62,415 bases of DNA from a virus (lineage: Duplodnaviria; Caudoviricetes), in IMG/VR virus record IMGVR_UViG_3300042314_001286, positions 1 through 62,415 of that record; one strand, given 5' to 3'. Position numbers and translations under genes: made by a program. The notes under the pieces are model-generated. The model made no database searches and was not told the origin of the DNA. It worked only from the letters and a program-made list of their open reading frames with translations. Every line of letters starts with the position of its first letter. Positions within the stretch are counted from its first letter, which is position 1. Shown here one piece after another: positions 18,997 through 28,353 of this stretch.

Positions 18997-20559
18997 ATGT
19001 TACCTTTTAAATATACAGTAGTAGGATCTGGTACTGCCGGATGGCTTACCGCACTATACCTACAACACTACTATCCATTTGCTCGCATAGAAGTAATTGC
19101 GAGCTCGGATATTGGTATACTTGGAGCAGGAGAAGGTACAACCCCAAACGTATTAGCGGCATTAAGAAAACTTGGTATACCATTAGAAGGATTAGTTAGA
19201 CACGCTTCTGCTACCATGAAAAATGGTATTAAATTTACTAATTGGAACGGGGATGATACTTCTTACTTTCATGGATTTGCTAATCAAAACAGTTTTAATC
19301 CATTTAAGTTTAAGAACGATACAGGAAACGGATTGCCTATTTTAGCACTTGAGCAAATCTTTGACGGAAATAATTTAGACGCTATCTTAATAGACGCACA
19401 CCTAGCAGAAACTAATCGTGTCAAATACTTTCCAAACCAAGGGTTACAAAGCAAGATGGATAATGCGTTCAATCATTTTGAACAGATGGGCGCCGACTCT
19501 ATTCATTTCAACGCAGCTCAATTGGCTGAATATCTAAAAAGTGTTGCTATAGAAAGAGAGGTAAAATATATTGATCAAGAAGTGACTGGATTTGAGCAAG
19601 ACGATCAGGGATACATTACTGGAGTTGTCACAAAAGATCAGACACACTATAGTAACTTTGTGTTCGACTGTAGCGGTTTTCACAGGCTTATCATAGGTAA
19701 ACTGTATCAATCCGAGTGGGTTTCATACAAAGAGCATTTGCCTATGAAAAAAGCAATTGGCTTTTTTATGGATCAAGATGATTATGATGAGCTCCCTTCT
19801 TATACAGAATCTATTGCCATGGACTACGGATGGGCGTGGAAAATTCCAGTACAAGATCGATTCGGGTGTGGATATGTGTATGACTCGGATTATATTACAG
19901 AAGAACAAGCAAAAGAAGAAATCATTCAAAAGTTTGGCGAAAATGTTAAGTTCGGCAAGAGCTTCTCGTTTGAGGCGGGGCACTATAAAACTCCGTGGGT
20001 TAAAAATTGTATTGCTATCGGATTAGCATCTGGATTTATTGAGCCTTTAGAAGCAACTTCTATAATGATCCAAGTAATTGCCTTGGATTCGTATCTAGAT
20101 AACAATTTGGGAATTATTAAAAAAGATCCTTTTTATATTAATCGCTACAACCAGCGTATGAGTGAGGTGAACTCAGAAAACATGGAGTTTATTTACACAC
20201 ATTACTTAACACAGAGAAAAGACACTCCTTTTTGGGAGGAATTTAGAGAAAAGAATAAAACTCCTCAGCGGGTAGAAGAATTATTAGAAGAGTGTAAGCA
20301 CACTATGCCTGATGATATGTTTTTGACTTCTAGGCGAAAGGAGGTACTGTATACTATTCCAAGTTGGTATTCTATTATGGCAGGGATTAAGTTATTTAAC
20401 CCAACTATTGCTAGAGAATTAATAGACGCCGCAACCTCAGACTTCCGCAGAGAAGACTTGATGTTACACAGAACAAAGTTTAGGGTAAACTTATTATTAA
20501 ACAAGGACACATTCATAAAGCACCGGGTGTTTTTAGATTATTTAGCTGCTATAGGATGA
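18997..20559 (+). CDS. flavin-dependent (tryptophan-type) halogenase
   Basis: GSGTAG FAD motif, GAGEGT, ATMKNGI (catalytic Lys position), DCSGF, WAWKIP, FIEPLEATSI. Confidence 0.92.
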   Translation: MLPFKYTVVGSGTAGWLTALYLQHYYPFARIEVIASSDIGILGAGEGTTPNVLAALRKLGIPLEGLVRHASATMKNGIKFTNWNGDDTSYFHGFANQNSFNPFKFKNDTGNGLPILALEQIFDGNNLDAILIDAHLAETNRVKYFPNQGLQSKMDNAFNHFEQMGADSIHFNAAQLAEYLKSVAIEREVKYIDQEVTGFEQDDQGYITGVVTKDQTHYSNFVFDCSGFHRLIIGKLYQSEWVSYKEHLPMKKAIGFFMDQDDYDELPSYTESIAMDYGWAWKIPVQDRFGCGYVYDSDYITEEQAKEEIIQKFGENVKFGKSFSFEAGHYKTPWVKNCIAIGLASGFIEPLEATSIMIQVIALDSYLDNNLGIIKKDPFYINRYNQRMSEVNSENMEFIYTHYLTQRKDTPFWEEFREKNKTPQRVEELLEECKHTMPDDMFLTSRRKEVLYTIPSWYSIMAGIKLFNPTIARELIDAATSDFRREDLMLHRTKFRVNLLLNKDTFIKHRVFLDYLAAIG

Positions 20560-20900
20560 TGATATACCCAATTGTATTTATTATTTATCTGGCTATAATG
20601 TATATCATAGTTGGCCCTGAGCTTATTATAAGCAAGTTTCGGATGTATCTTAATCCAAACTATTGGACAAACTATAATATTATTGAGTTTGCAAGCTGGA
20701 TAGCAAAAGCTGTTATTATTATTCCGGGGCTGATATTTGGTATTGAACTTTGGTATATGCACCTTATAACACTAGTTACTTCATCTCTTCTTATATGGGC
20801 TAGTATGAAGAAAAGTTTGCCTACTCTTATATTATTTAATTCTATTTGGATATGTATATCTTTGACTATTATTCTTAAACACTTAGCAAAATGGCTTTAA
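20556..20900 (+). CDS. small multi-pass membrane protein
   Basis: About 4 hydrophobic segments; overlaps both neighbours. Confidence 0.7.
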   Translation: MMIYPIVFIIYLAIMYIIVGPELIISKFRMYLNPNYWTNYNIIEFASWIAKAVIIIPGLIFGIELWYMHLITLVTSSLLIWASMKKSLPTLILFNSIWICISLTIILKHLAKWL

Positions 20901-21409
20901 AAATTACAGTACCTATTGGTACAGATCGCGGAATTACTTCAGAAGCGTATGTGCGCATTGCTGATTACAATATTTCAAAATATGGAAATGCCGCATTCCG
21001 TTTAGAACTTTTTCAGTCTCAGGAGGCTGCTGCTGATGCTTCTTCCGTTGCAACACCAGCTGATAGAGTAGGGTTTATTTCCCGCAACAGTCAAATCGGA
21101 GATGTTCTCAACGTTTCTTTGATGGTTGAAAAACAAATCAAGGTTCCAACTGTCAGCTCTACTGTAGTGTATGAGCCTGTAGAAAGAGAATTTCCTGAAA
21201 CAAAGGATGAAAACGGGAATGCCTTGACATTCAAGACTGTTACAGTAGTAGAGCAGAAAGTTCAAACTAAAACTGTAGAAGAGGTATCAACAATAAAAGT
21301 TCCTGATCTTTCTTCTTTAGAGGGTGTGGATATTTTTAGTTATGCTTATTCGAAGTTGAAAACTAAATTGAGTCAACTTTTTGGTTCCGAAAATATTGTA
21401 GATTGCTAA
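20891..21409 (+). CDS. tail-fibre-associated hypothetical protein
   Basis: 172-aa ORF; MALKIT...EAYVRI...YAYSKLK pattern; last gene of fibre-1 unit. Confidence 0.6.
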   Translation: MALKITVPIGTDRGITSEAYVRIADYNISKYGNAAFRLELFQSQEAAADASSVATPADRVGFISRNSQIGDVLNVSLMVEKQIKVPTVSSTVVYEPVEREFPETKDENGNALTFKTVTVVEQKVQTKTVEEVSTIKVPDLSSLEGVDIFSYAYSKLKTKLSQLFGSENIVDC

Positions 21410-21462
21410 CTTGTTTACAAGGTATTGGGATTTTCAGAATTTATTACCTAGATAATAAGTTG

Positions 21463-21470
21463 TACATTTG
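21463..21470 (+). promoter_or_regulatory. Bacteroidota -7 promoter box TACATTTG
   Basis: TAnnTTTG 21 nt upstream of ATG 21492. Confidence 0.55.
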
Positions 21471-21491
21471 CAATGTATAAATAATTGACTA

Positions 21492-23780
21492 ATGGCATTA
21501 CCATCTAATGTAGTGGGATTAATGGGTATTGATAATAGCGGAAACGTTGTTACAATACCAGCTGATTCTTTCACTACTACGCAAACTTCCGTTCCTAATG
21601 TTGCTGCCGTAGCACCTGTTCAGCCGAGCAGAGCTGCTGCAACGAATATTGTTACGAATACTACAACAGAAACGGTTGCGTTAGAGATTGATGCTGATGA
21701 AAACTATCTTGTTAAGGTTAACTCTACAAGAGATAACTTTGATAACTCTATTCTATACGAAAGCAATAAAAAGATAGGCTTAAATACAAAGTCTCCCAAG
21801 TTTGCTTTTGATGTGAATCTTAATAGCATCAACATTAGTAATCTAGCATCTAGCTTTGGATACAAGTTAAATGGCAGAAACTTTGCTTATACAATAGGCG
21901 ATTCAACATCAACTAAATATGGGAATATCTATTTAGGAGACGCAATTCTACAAACTATTGTTGTGCCTTATTTAGTTATTACTAAAACTGCAATAACGCC
22001 CACTCCTTCCATTATCTACAAGCGTCCGCTATATGTTGATGATACTGGATTAGTAGATGCTTATGCTGCATTTACGGAGGGATCAATCATATTTAGTTCA
22101 GAGACTCAGTTAACACAGAATAACGCTAAGCTATTTTGGGACAATACTAATTTTAGATTAGGGGTTATGACTAATGCTCCCGCTTACTCATTTGATGTAA
22201 ACGGAACCGCTAGAATACAGACATCTTTAATTACGCCAACTATTGGCAATACATTAGGCGTTGCGGCAAATAACACTTGGACGTTTGCATCTAACGTTAA
22301 TGTCCCATTAATGCCAGTAGATGCGACTCACGCTGCCTCAAAGCAGTATGTAGATAATGTTGCATTAACAGGATTAAAAATTGGAGCAGCAGTTAAGACA
22401 GTTGCTATATCAAACGTAGGATTAAGCGGGCTTGCTACTATTAGTGGATATACTCCTGTAGCAGGCGATAGAATATTAGTTATTGGGCAGTCTACCCAAA
22501 CAGAAAATGGTGTTTACGATGCAGATTCTGGAGGGTGGACTCGTTCGACAGATTCAGATTCCGACATGGAATTGCGCGGATATCAATATCTAATCACCGC
22601 GGGAACTTATAACAATGCAAGATACGGCAATACAAACCAATCTGTTATCACTATTGGTACAACCGCTATTACATATCAAACTATTTCAGCTAGTGAATCA
22701 GACCCAATTTTTACGGCATCTCCTTCATTTGGAATCACAACTACAAATATTTCTAATTGGACAACTGCTTATAATCGCTCTATTGTATCTTCTGCTTTTT
22801 CGGGAACAGATACGCAGACGTTAACTTTAACAAAGCAAGACGGCGGAACTTTAACTAGCTCATTTACTTTCCCTGTAACGAGTGTTTTTGGGCGAACTGG
22901 AGTAATTACACTAACTAGCGGAGATGTTACGTCAGCGCTAGGATATACCCCATACAACGGAGCGACAAACTCTAACGGATATATAAGTTCAATCAATTCA
23001 GGTGCAGTTACCGCGGCCCTAGGATACACTCCTGTATCAACGACTAGAACAATAACGATTAATGGTTTAGCACAAGACTTGTCTCAAGATAGAACTTGGA
23101 CAATTGCCGCTGGTATAACATCCTTTAACGGAGCTACTGGCGCTATTACTTATGGATACTCTCAGATTGTAGGCGCAGGTGGATTGAACTTTGTGCCAGC
23201 AAATTCTGCGACAACTATTACCATTAACGGCACAGCACGTCCTTTGTCGGCGAATGCATCCTTTACTACAGTATCTACTATCTCGACAACTTCAGGAAAC
23301 GGCATATCGTCAGTAGTAACAAATGCTTCCACTACCCCTAATATAGCAATCGGAGCAACAACAGATAATGTTCAATTTGGCTCAATTAAAGTAGGAACAT
23401 TTGCAACGGCTCCTCCTAACACAAGTGGTAACATTTATGCTTCTGGAACAATTACGGCTGTTGGGGATATCATTGGATATAGCACATCTGATGAAAGATT
23501 AAAGGACAACATAGCTGTTATTGACAATGCTATTGATAAGATATCTAAACTTCGTGGCGTAACATTTAGCTGGACAGAGAATGCTGGAGAAATGTATGGC
23601 TTAGAAGGAGATGATATGGGATTAATTGCGCAAGAAGTACAAAGTGTTGCACCTTTAGCTGTACAAGAAAGAGAATCTGGCTATCTTGCAGTTCGTTATG
23701 AAAAAATAATTGGATTGCTAGTTGCTGGTATGAATGAGCAAGAGATAAGAATTAAGGAGTTAGAAAATAAATTGAAGTAA
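21492..23780 (+). CDS. tail fibre 2 with C-terminal peptidase S74-like chaperone
   Basis: HAASKQYVD, GDRILVIGQSTQTENGVY, shaft repeats shared with fibre 1; SDERLKDNI...GLIAQEV...VRYEK. Confidence 0.88.
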   Translation: MALPSNVVGLMGIDNSGNVVTIPADSFTTTQTSVPNVAAVAPVQPSRAAATNIVTNTTTETVALEIDADENYLVKVNSTRDNFDNSILYESNKKIGLNTKSPKFAFDVNLNSINISNLASSFGYKLNGRNFAYTIGDSTSTKYGNIYLGDAILQTIVVPYLVITKTAITPTPSIIYKRPLYVDDTGLVDAYAAFTEGSIIFSSETQLTQNNAKLFWDNTNFRLGVMTNAPAYSFDVNGTARIQTSLITPTIGNTLGVAANNTWTFASNVNVPLMPVDATHAASKQYVDNVALTGLKIGAAVKTVAISNVGLSGLATISGYTPVAGDRILVIGQSTQTENGVYDADSGGWTRSTDSDSDMELRGYQYLITAGTYNNARYGNTNQSVITIGTTAITYQTISASESDPIFTASPSFGITTTNISNWTTAYNRSIVSSAFSGTDTQTLTLTKQDGGTLTSSFTFPVTSVFGRTGVITLTSGDVTSALGYTPYNGATNSNGYISSINSGAVTAALGYTPVSTTRTITINGLAQDLSQDRTWTIAAGITSFNGATGAITYGYSQIVGAGGLNFVPANSATTITINGTARPLSANASFTTVSTISTTSGNGISSVVTNASTTPNIAIGATTDNVQFGSIKVGTFATAPPNTSGNIYASGTITAVGDIIGYSTSDERLKDNIAVIDNAIDKISKLRGVTFSWTENAGEMYGLEGDDMGLIAQEVQSVAPLAVQERESGYLAVRYEKIIGLLVAGMNEQEIRIKELENKLK

Positions 23781-23781
23781 T

Positions 23782-24693
23782 ATGGCAATTTCTCCAGCTG
23801 GTTCTCCTATATCATTGAATACCATTAGGGCTGAATTAGGCATATTGGCTGAATCTAACTTGTCTTTAAATACTGCTGAAGATGGGCTTTATGTCCCAAT
23901 TAATCCGTGTAGTACATTTAAACCTGCTGTACCGAATCCAGCCGCAATAAGCGAATGGTATGGGTACAACCATACTCAGCCGTGTGTTTCTTACAGATAT
24001 AATTCTGTTAGCTGTGAAACTAGTACAGGTATATGCAATGTGCCTTTTAGCCCTAGTCAAGCAAACTCAAACGTCGTAATGAAACCTAATTTTGTATTTT
24101 ATCCAATACCAGACGGGTTCCCAAATACTTGGTTAATTGAAAATGCAGAATTATTCCCTAATGCAAGATTTAGGGTTGGAGTATCTTATGGTTCTTCATT
24201 TATCAATGAAGTAGTATATGATTATACGGGCCCTTATGTCCCTTGGAATGGAATTGCTAATGTTGGCTCGCTTTCTGGGCAAAAAGTTCCTGCGTCTATA
24301 ATTACCGGAGCTATTGCATATTATTTTAGAATTGATTATAATGATGGAAGTGGAAGAATATTAGGCGACTTAAGCATTAATACGCCATCCTTTCTTTATA
24401 TATTTTACCCTACATTTATTCCTGTTGGGCCGGGGCCAGATCCCGGTGGATATTACGATCCATCAAGGTGGACTTCTCCGTTTTCTTATAGTGCAACAAG
24501 TCAAGCTTTAGCTTGCTCTGGGACTTCTTATGAGAATTTTACATTTAATTATCCATTATCAAGCTCTAGTATATTAATGTATCCAGATGAATCTTTAGTA
24601 ACAGGTAAGGCAGGTTATTATAAGATAAGAAGTAATTCAACTTGGATATACATTAATAATGATGGACTAGTAGTATCAAGAGGAATTTGCTAA
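23782..24693 (+). CDS. putative fibre-tip adhesin with internal T9SS type-B (CHU_C-like) domain
   Basis: N-terminus homologous to 17581..18555; aa ~101-200 PNFVFYPIPDGFPNTWLIENAELFPNA...WNG...YYFRIDYNDG. Confidence 0.65.
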   Translation: MAISPAGSPISLNTIRAELGILAESNLSLNTAEDGLYVPINPCSTFKPAVPNPAAISEWYGYNHTQPCVSYRYNSVSCETSTGICNVPFSPSQANSNVVMKPNFVFYPIPDGFPNTWLIENAELFPNARFRVGVSYGSSFINEVVYDYTGPYVPWNGIANVGSLSGQKVPASIITGAIAYYFRIDYNDGSGRILGDLSINTPSFLYIFYPTFIPVGPGPDPGGYYDPSRWTSPFSYSATSQALACSGTSYENFTFNYPLSSSSILMYPDESLVTGKAGYYKIRSNSTWIYINNDGLVVSRGIC

Positions 24694-24694
24694 T

Positions 24695-25984
24695 ATGACT
24701 TGTATATCAAAATATATTTATTCAAACTGTACAACACTAGCTGTTGGGTGTACGCTGTATTCTGACAATTCTCTGCAAACAAAATTGGGTGCTGGATTTC
24801 ATAAGATACCTGTTGGTACGGGGCAAAAAACATTTACAACAAACTCAAACGGAGTAATAACAGCGGAGTCAGTTTGCTCTTGGGCTTCTAATATACAGCC
24901 GTATGCTCCATTATTTACTTCTAATAAAAATGACTGCGTAGGCGGAACTTCTTGTACAGCCGTCGGCAGTACGGTAACACTTAATGACGGAACTCCATCA
25001 AATGATTATTCTCAAAACGTAGGATATGTTTCATTTATATCTCAAGAAGATGCAAATACGCAAGCTCAATTGCTTTCTGAAGCTGCTTTCAACGCAAATA
25101 AACAAGCACAAGTAAACCTACGAGGAAACTGTATTTATACATATACTGCTGGCACAGGAACTTATAGCGCAAACTTTACTAAGAATAACTGTGCATCAAA
25201 TTGCTACGCAAATGGAACCGTAAACTATTCTATAACAAAAACAGGATATTCAGCATCATCTACGGTATCTTGTACTCAAGCAAGTATTGACGCAAACACA
25301 GCTGCTTATAACGCGGCAATTGCAGAAGTTAATGCTGGCGGACAAGCTTATGCTAACGCAAATGGTTCTTGCTGTTGCTGGGTTGCAGACCCTGCTTGTT
25401 ATCTTTGCTATCGCTATGAGGCAAGAGAGATAAACACTTGTACTGGATTGTACAGAAATGATTATCCAACCGATAGCGAATCTTGTTTGTGCGGACAAGG
25501 CTGCAAAGGAACTAACTACGATTATTATGAATGCGTTGGGACATTCGGGCAAGACAAGTTAAAAAAAGAAAGATTCAACTGCCCGCCATATAACTTCACG
25601 GGACAAGAAATTCTTGAAACTTGCGGATGTACAAGTAATACGCCAGACGTTAGAGCATTAGAACCATTAGAGCGAACTTGCATTGATTGTGAATATTGGT
25701 TTATACTTAGAGACTTTGCTGTATGCTCTCCTACTGCTGGGCATTATTTTGCAAAAGGTGTGGATTACGGATTAAATAAGCCATCTACAGCTGCCTGTCC
25801 TAGCCCAAATTATAGTAATTATATTGGGATAAGATGTATTAACTACGCTAATAGTGGGCCAGCAAACTATAATGTATTTGAAAACACAAGTTCGTGCGGA
25901 TTTAGATATCAATTAAATACTATAGACGGAACAGGTAATGTATTTTTAGGCAATGATGCCGGAACATCTTCATATTGTCCATAA
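24695..25984 (+). CDS. cysteine-rich protein with two DUF5977-like repeats
   Basis: FTSNKNDC...SFISQEDAN...QAQVNLRGNC and FTKNNC...GQAYANANGSC; very high Cys content. Confidence 0.65.
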   Translation: MTCISKYIYSNCTTLAVGCTLYSDNSLQTKLGAGFHKIPVGTGQKTFTTNSNGVITAESVCSWASNIQPYAPLFTSNKNDCVGGTSCTAVGSTVTLNDGTPSNDYSQNVGYVSFISQEDANTQAQLLSEAAFNANKQAQVNLRGNCIYTYTAGTGTYSANFTKNNCASNCYANGTVNYSITKTGYSASSTVSCTQASIDANTAAYNAAIAEVNAGGQAYANANGSCCCWVADPACYLCYRYEAREINTCTGLYRNDYPTDSESCLCGQGCKGTNYDYYECVGTFGQDKLKKERFNCPPYNFTGQEILETCGCTSNTPDVRALEPLERTCIDCEYWFILRDFAVCSPTAGHYFAKGVDYGLNKPSTAACPSPNYSNYIGIRCINYANSGPANYNVFENTSSCGFRYQLNTIDGTGNVFLGNDAGTSSYCP

Positions 25985-26028
25985 AAACAAAAACATTTTA
26001 TATATTTGCATAATCAAACAATTTTACA

Positions 26029-26292
26029 ATGAACAAATTCTTAACAATTGCCAAGGCTTGGGGTATCGCAGTTTTTCACACAGATGAACAAAAGAAGCTT
26101 GCAGACGAGCGAATGGAAGTTTGCAATACTTGCCCAATGCTACAAGAAGTTGATGTCAAAAGCATGACAGGCGGATTAATCAATAACTATTTCCTTTGTG
26201 GCGGATGCGGTTGCCCTTTACAGGGTAAAATGTTCACACCTAAAGGTGCGCCGAAAGAACAGAAGTGCCCACAAGGCAAATGGAAGGATTAA
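26029..26292 (+). CDS. small Cys-rich metal-binding protein (DUF6171-like)
   Basis: RMEVCNTCP...CGGCGCPL...CPQGKW; TATATTTG box at 26001-26008. Confidence 0.7.
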   Translation: MNKFLTIAKAWGIAVFHTDEQKKLADERMEVCNTCPMLQEVDVKSMTGGLINNYFLCGGCGCPLQGKMFTPKGAPKEQKCPQGKWKD

Positions 26293-26336
26293 TAATTAAT
26301 TCATTATATTTGCACAAGTTTTAAACCAAACATCCA

Positions 26337-26777
26337 ATGGAAAAAATTACATTAACACTAGGCGAAATTATCACGCTAGAAGCTGAATTAAATGGCTTCG
26401 TCAATCCGGAAACAGGAGAAAAAGTTCTATCAGGTTTATTGAACAGTAAACTTAACCTTGCTAAGAAGTATTGGTTAACAAGACTTGCTGACAAATGTCA
26501 AGCTGAGAAGAAAGTTGTTGACGGATTACGCGAAGAGCTAATCAAGAAGTTTGGTAAAGAAGAAGATGGTAAGATCTTTGTCGAGACTTTTTTAGATAAA
26601 GAGCGCACTCAGGTTAATCCTAGCTTCATTGAATTCCAAGGGGAATATATGAGTTTGCTTAACGAGAAGAAAGAATTAGAATATAAGCCAATTTCTGTAT
26701 CTGATTTAGAGGCAGTAGAGAGCGAAGAGAACTATTCTATCGTATTTAAATTAATCAAAGAAGATGACGGAGAATAA
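26337..26777 (+). CDS. hypothetical helical protein (possible tail assembly factor)
   Basis: 146-aa ORF; TATATTTG box at 26305-26312. Confidence 0.6.
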   Translation: MEKITLTLGEIITLEAELNGFVNPETGEKVLSGLLNSKLNLAKKYWLTRLADKCQAEKKVVDGLREELIKKFGKEEDGKIFVETFLDKERTQVNPSFIEFQGEYMSLLNEKKELEYKPISVSDLEAVESEENYSIVFKLIKEDDGE

Positions 26778-26898
26778 TTTAATTCTCTTTGGTGTAGTGT
26801 TGGGGGCGGTAGAATTATGTTTTATCGCCCTTTGCATTTATATTATTTGGAGAAACAGGGAAGTATTGAATATTACCTACAAAAAGCTTTTGCGATAA
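26764..26898 (+). CDS. 44-aa single-TM peptide (not in ORF track)
   Basis: MTENNLILFGVVLGAVELCFIALCIYIIWRNREVLNITYKKLLR; overlaps the end of the upstream gene. Confidence 0.45.
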   Translation: MTENNLILFGVVLGAVELCFIALCIYIIWRNREVLNITYKKLLR

Positions 26899-26937
26899 AT
26901 TATTTATCCATTATCTTTACTATGTAATATTTATACA

Positions 26938-27129
26938 ATGCACGATACAAGTTCAGAAAATGGTATTTTAGCGGTAGTAACAAGCCTTTTAATGTGGGCG
27001 TTATCGTTGTCTAGCTTATTAATTTATGTACAGATTGGTGCAGGTTGTGTCGCAATCGTATCCGGTATTTTTGCCATAAGATATTACTACCTAAAAGGTA
27101 ATGAAGTCTCAAAAAGAAAGAAGTCTTAA
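26938..27129 (+). CDS. putative holin
   Basis: 63 aa, two TM segments, basic C-terminus, upstream of endolysin. Confidence 0.6.
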   Translation: MHDTSSENGILAVVTSLLMWALSLSSLLIYVQIGAGCVAIVSGIFAIRYYYLKGNEVSKRKKS

Positions 27130-27352
27130 AGACTTTATATCACACAAGGGAGAGTATTCAAGCAGTAGGCTTGTTTTCCTAATAGGCTCTTTCGTTATAT
27201 TATCAGAATTTATTGCTAATCCAGAAAGCATGGGAGTGCAGAACCTTGTTATGGCTATAATGGGATATGCTGCTGCCGCAACAACTGTATCTAAATTTTC
27301 TAAATATGAAGCTGACAGAACATTTGAGTCTAATAGAGGTGACGAGATCTGA
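27101..27352 (+). CDS. putative holin/antiholin
   Basis: GEYSSSRL motif plus two TM segments; overlaps endolysin start. Confidence 0.55.
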   Translation: MKSQKERSLKDFISHKGEYSSSRLVFLIGSFVILSEFIANPESMGVQNLVMAIMGYAAAATTVSKFSKYEADRTFESNRGDEI

Positions 27353-27752
27353 GTACGCTAAAAGAAATGGCATTAATAATATGCCAAATGCAGAGCATAC
27401 AGAGAATCTAATTGAACTTGCTAATAAGATATTTGAACCCATTAGAGTTCATCTTAACAAGCCTGTACATATATCAAGCGGATACAGATGCAAGGCATTA
27501 AACACAGCTATTGGTGGATCTAAAACTTCTCAGCACATGAAAGGAGAAGCTCTTGATATAGATCAGGGAAACAAAAAAGATAACAAGGAAATTTTTGACT
27601 TCATCAAGGATAACTTAGATTTCGATCAATTGATTAACGAGTTTGATTATGATTGGATACACGTTTCTTACAATACAAGTGGTAAGCAAAGAAGAAGCGT
27701 AATAGATGCCATTAAAGAAGGAAGAGCAACCAAATACATCCCACATAAATGA
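27306..27752 (+). CDS. endolysin, peptidase M15 family
   Basis: ISSGYRC, SQHMKGEALDI, WIHVSY zinc-peptidase motifs; likely start MKLTEH. Confidence 0.9.
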   Translation: MKLTEHLSLIEVTRSEYAKRNGINNMPNAEHTENLIELANKIFEPIRVHLNKPVHISSGYRCKALNTAIGGSKTSQHMKGEALDIDQGNKKDNKEIFDFIKDNLDFDQLINEFDYDWIHVSYNTSGKQRRSVIDAIKEGRATKYIPHK

Positions 27753-28216
27753 AAAATTTCAAATATCTATTCGGCATTTTGTCGACTTTGTTTATCATAT
27801 TTCTCAATTCTTGTAGGACAAAGCAAGTTGTTACTCAAACTTTAACGACTACGGTTCACGATACTATTCGTGACACTCGTATTATTGAGAGATATAAGCA
27901 TATTAAAGATACTCTTATTATAGAGAATCCGTGCGACTCTAGTGGCATCCTAAATGACTTTTATAGTAAGATATCCGCTCCACAGGGAACCGTTATTGTT
28001 CGCTCTTATAAAGGTAAGATTCAAGCTACAGTTAACATTGATTCAATTCAATCTGTCTATGAGTCTAAGTACAAGTCATTCGTCAGAAAAAGTGATGCAA
28101 ACACACAAAAGTTCGTACGAATAAATGTAATCCCTACTTGGATTATTATGGTGGTATTATTTGAAACAATGATTATTCTTATATATTTGTATTTCAAATT
28201 CATCTTTCCTAAGTAA
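27749..28216 (+). CDS. putative unimolecular spanin
   Basis: Lipoprotein signal ending LNS-C plus C-terminal TM helix, directly after endolysin. Confidence 0.7.
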   Translation: MKNFKYLFGILSTLFIIFLNSCRTKQVVTQTLTTTVHDTIRDTRIIERYKHIKDTLIIENPCDSSGILNDFYSKISAPQGTVIVRSYKGKIQATVNIDSIQSVYESKYKSFVRKSDANTQKFVRINVIPTWIIMVVLFETMIILIYLYFKFIFPK

Positions 28217-28353
28217 TGGCAAAAGCAATTGCAACATCGAACTTTAAACCGAGAGCAAAGAAAAACAATAAAGGGGTTCACGCTAAGACAAAGTCATCGT
28301 CATCAAAGAATTCCAAAAACTATAAAAAGCCTTATCAAGGGCAAGGGAAATAA
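28216..28353 (+). CDS. 45-aa highly basic peptide ending YQGQGK (not in ORF track)
   Basis: TAATG coupling at both ends; MAKAIATSNFKPRAKKNNKGVHAKTKSSSSKNSKNYKKPYQGQGK. Confidence 0.7.
   Translation: MAKAIATSNFKPRAKKNNKGVHAKTKSSSSKNSKNYKKPYQGQGK

Noticed and set aside
12414-23780. Diversity-generating retroelement or invertible tail-fibre switch
   Set aside because: No reverse transcriptase or invertase recognised; repeats differ at synonymous sites, not specifically at adenines.
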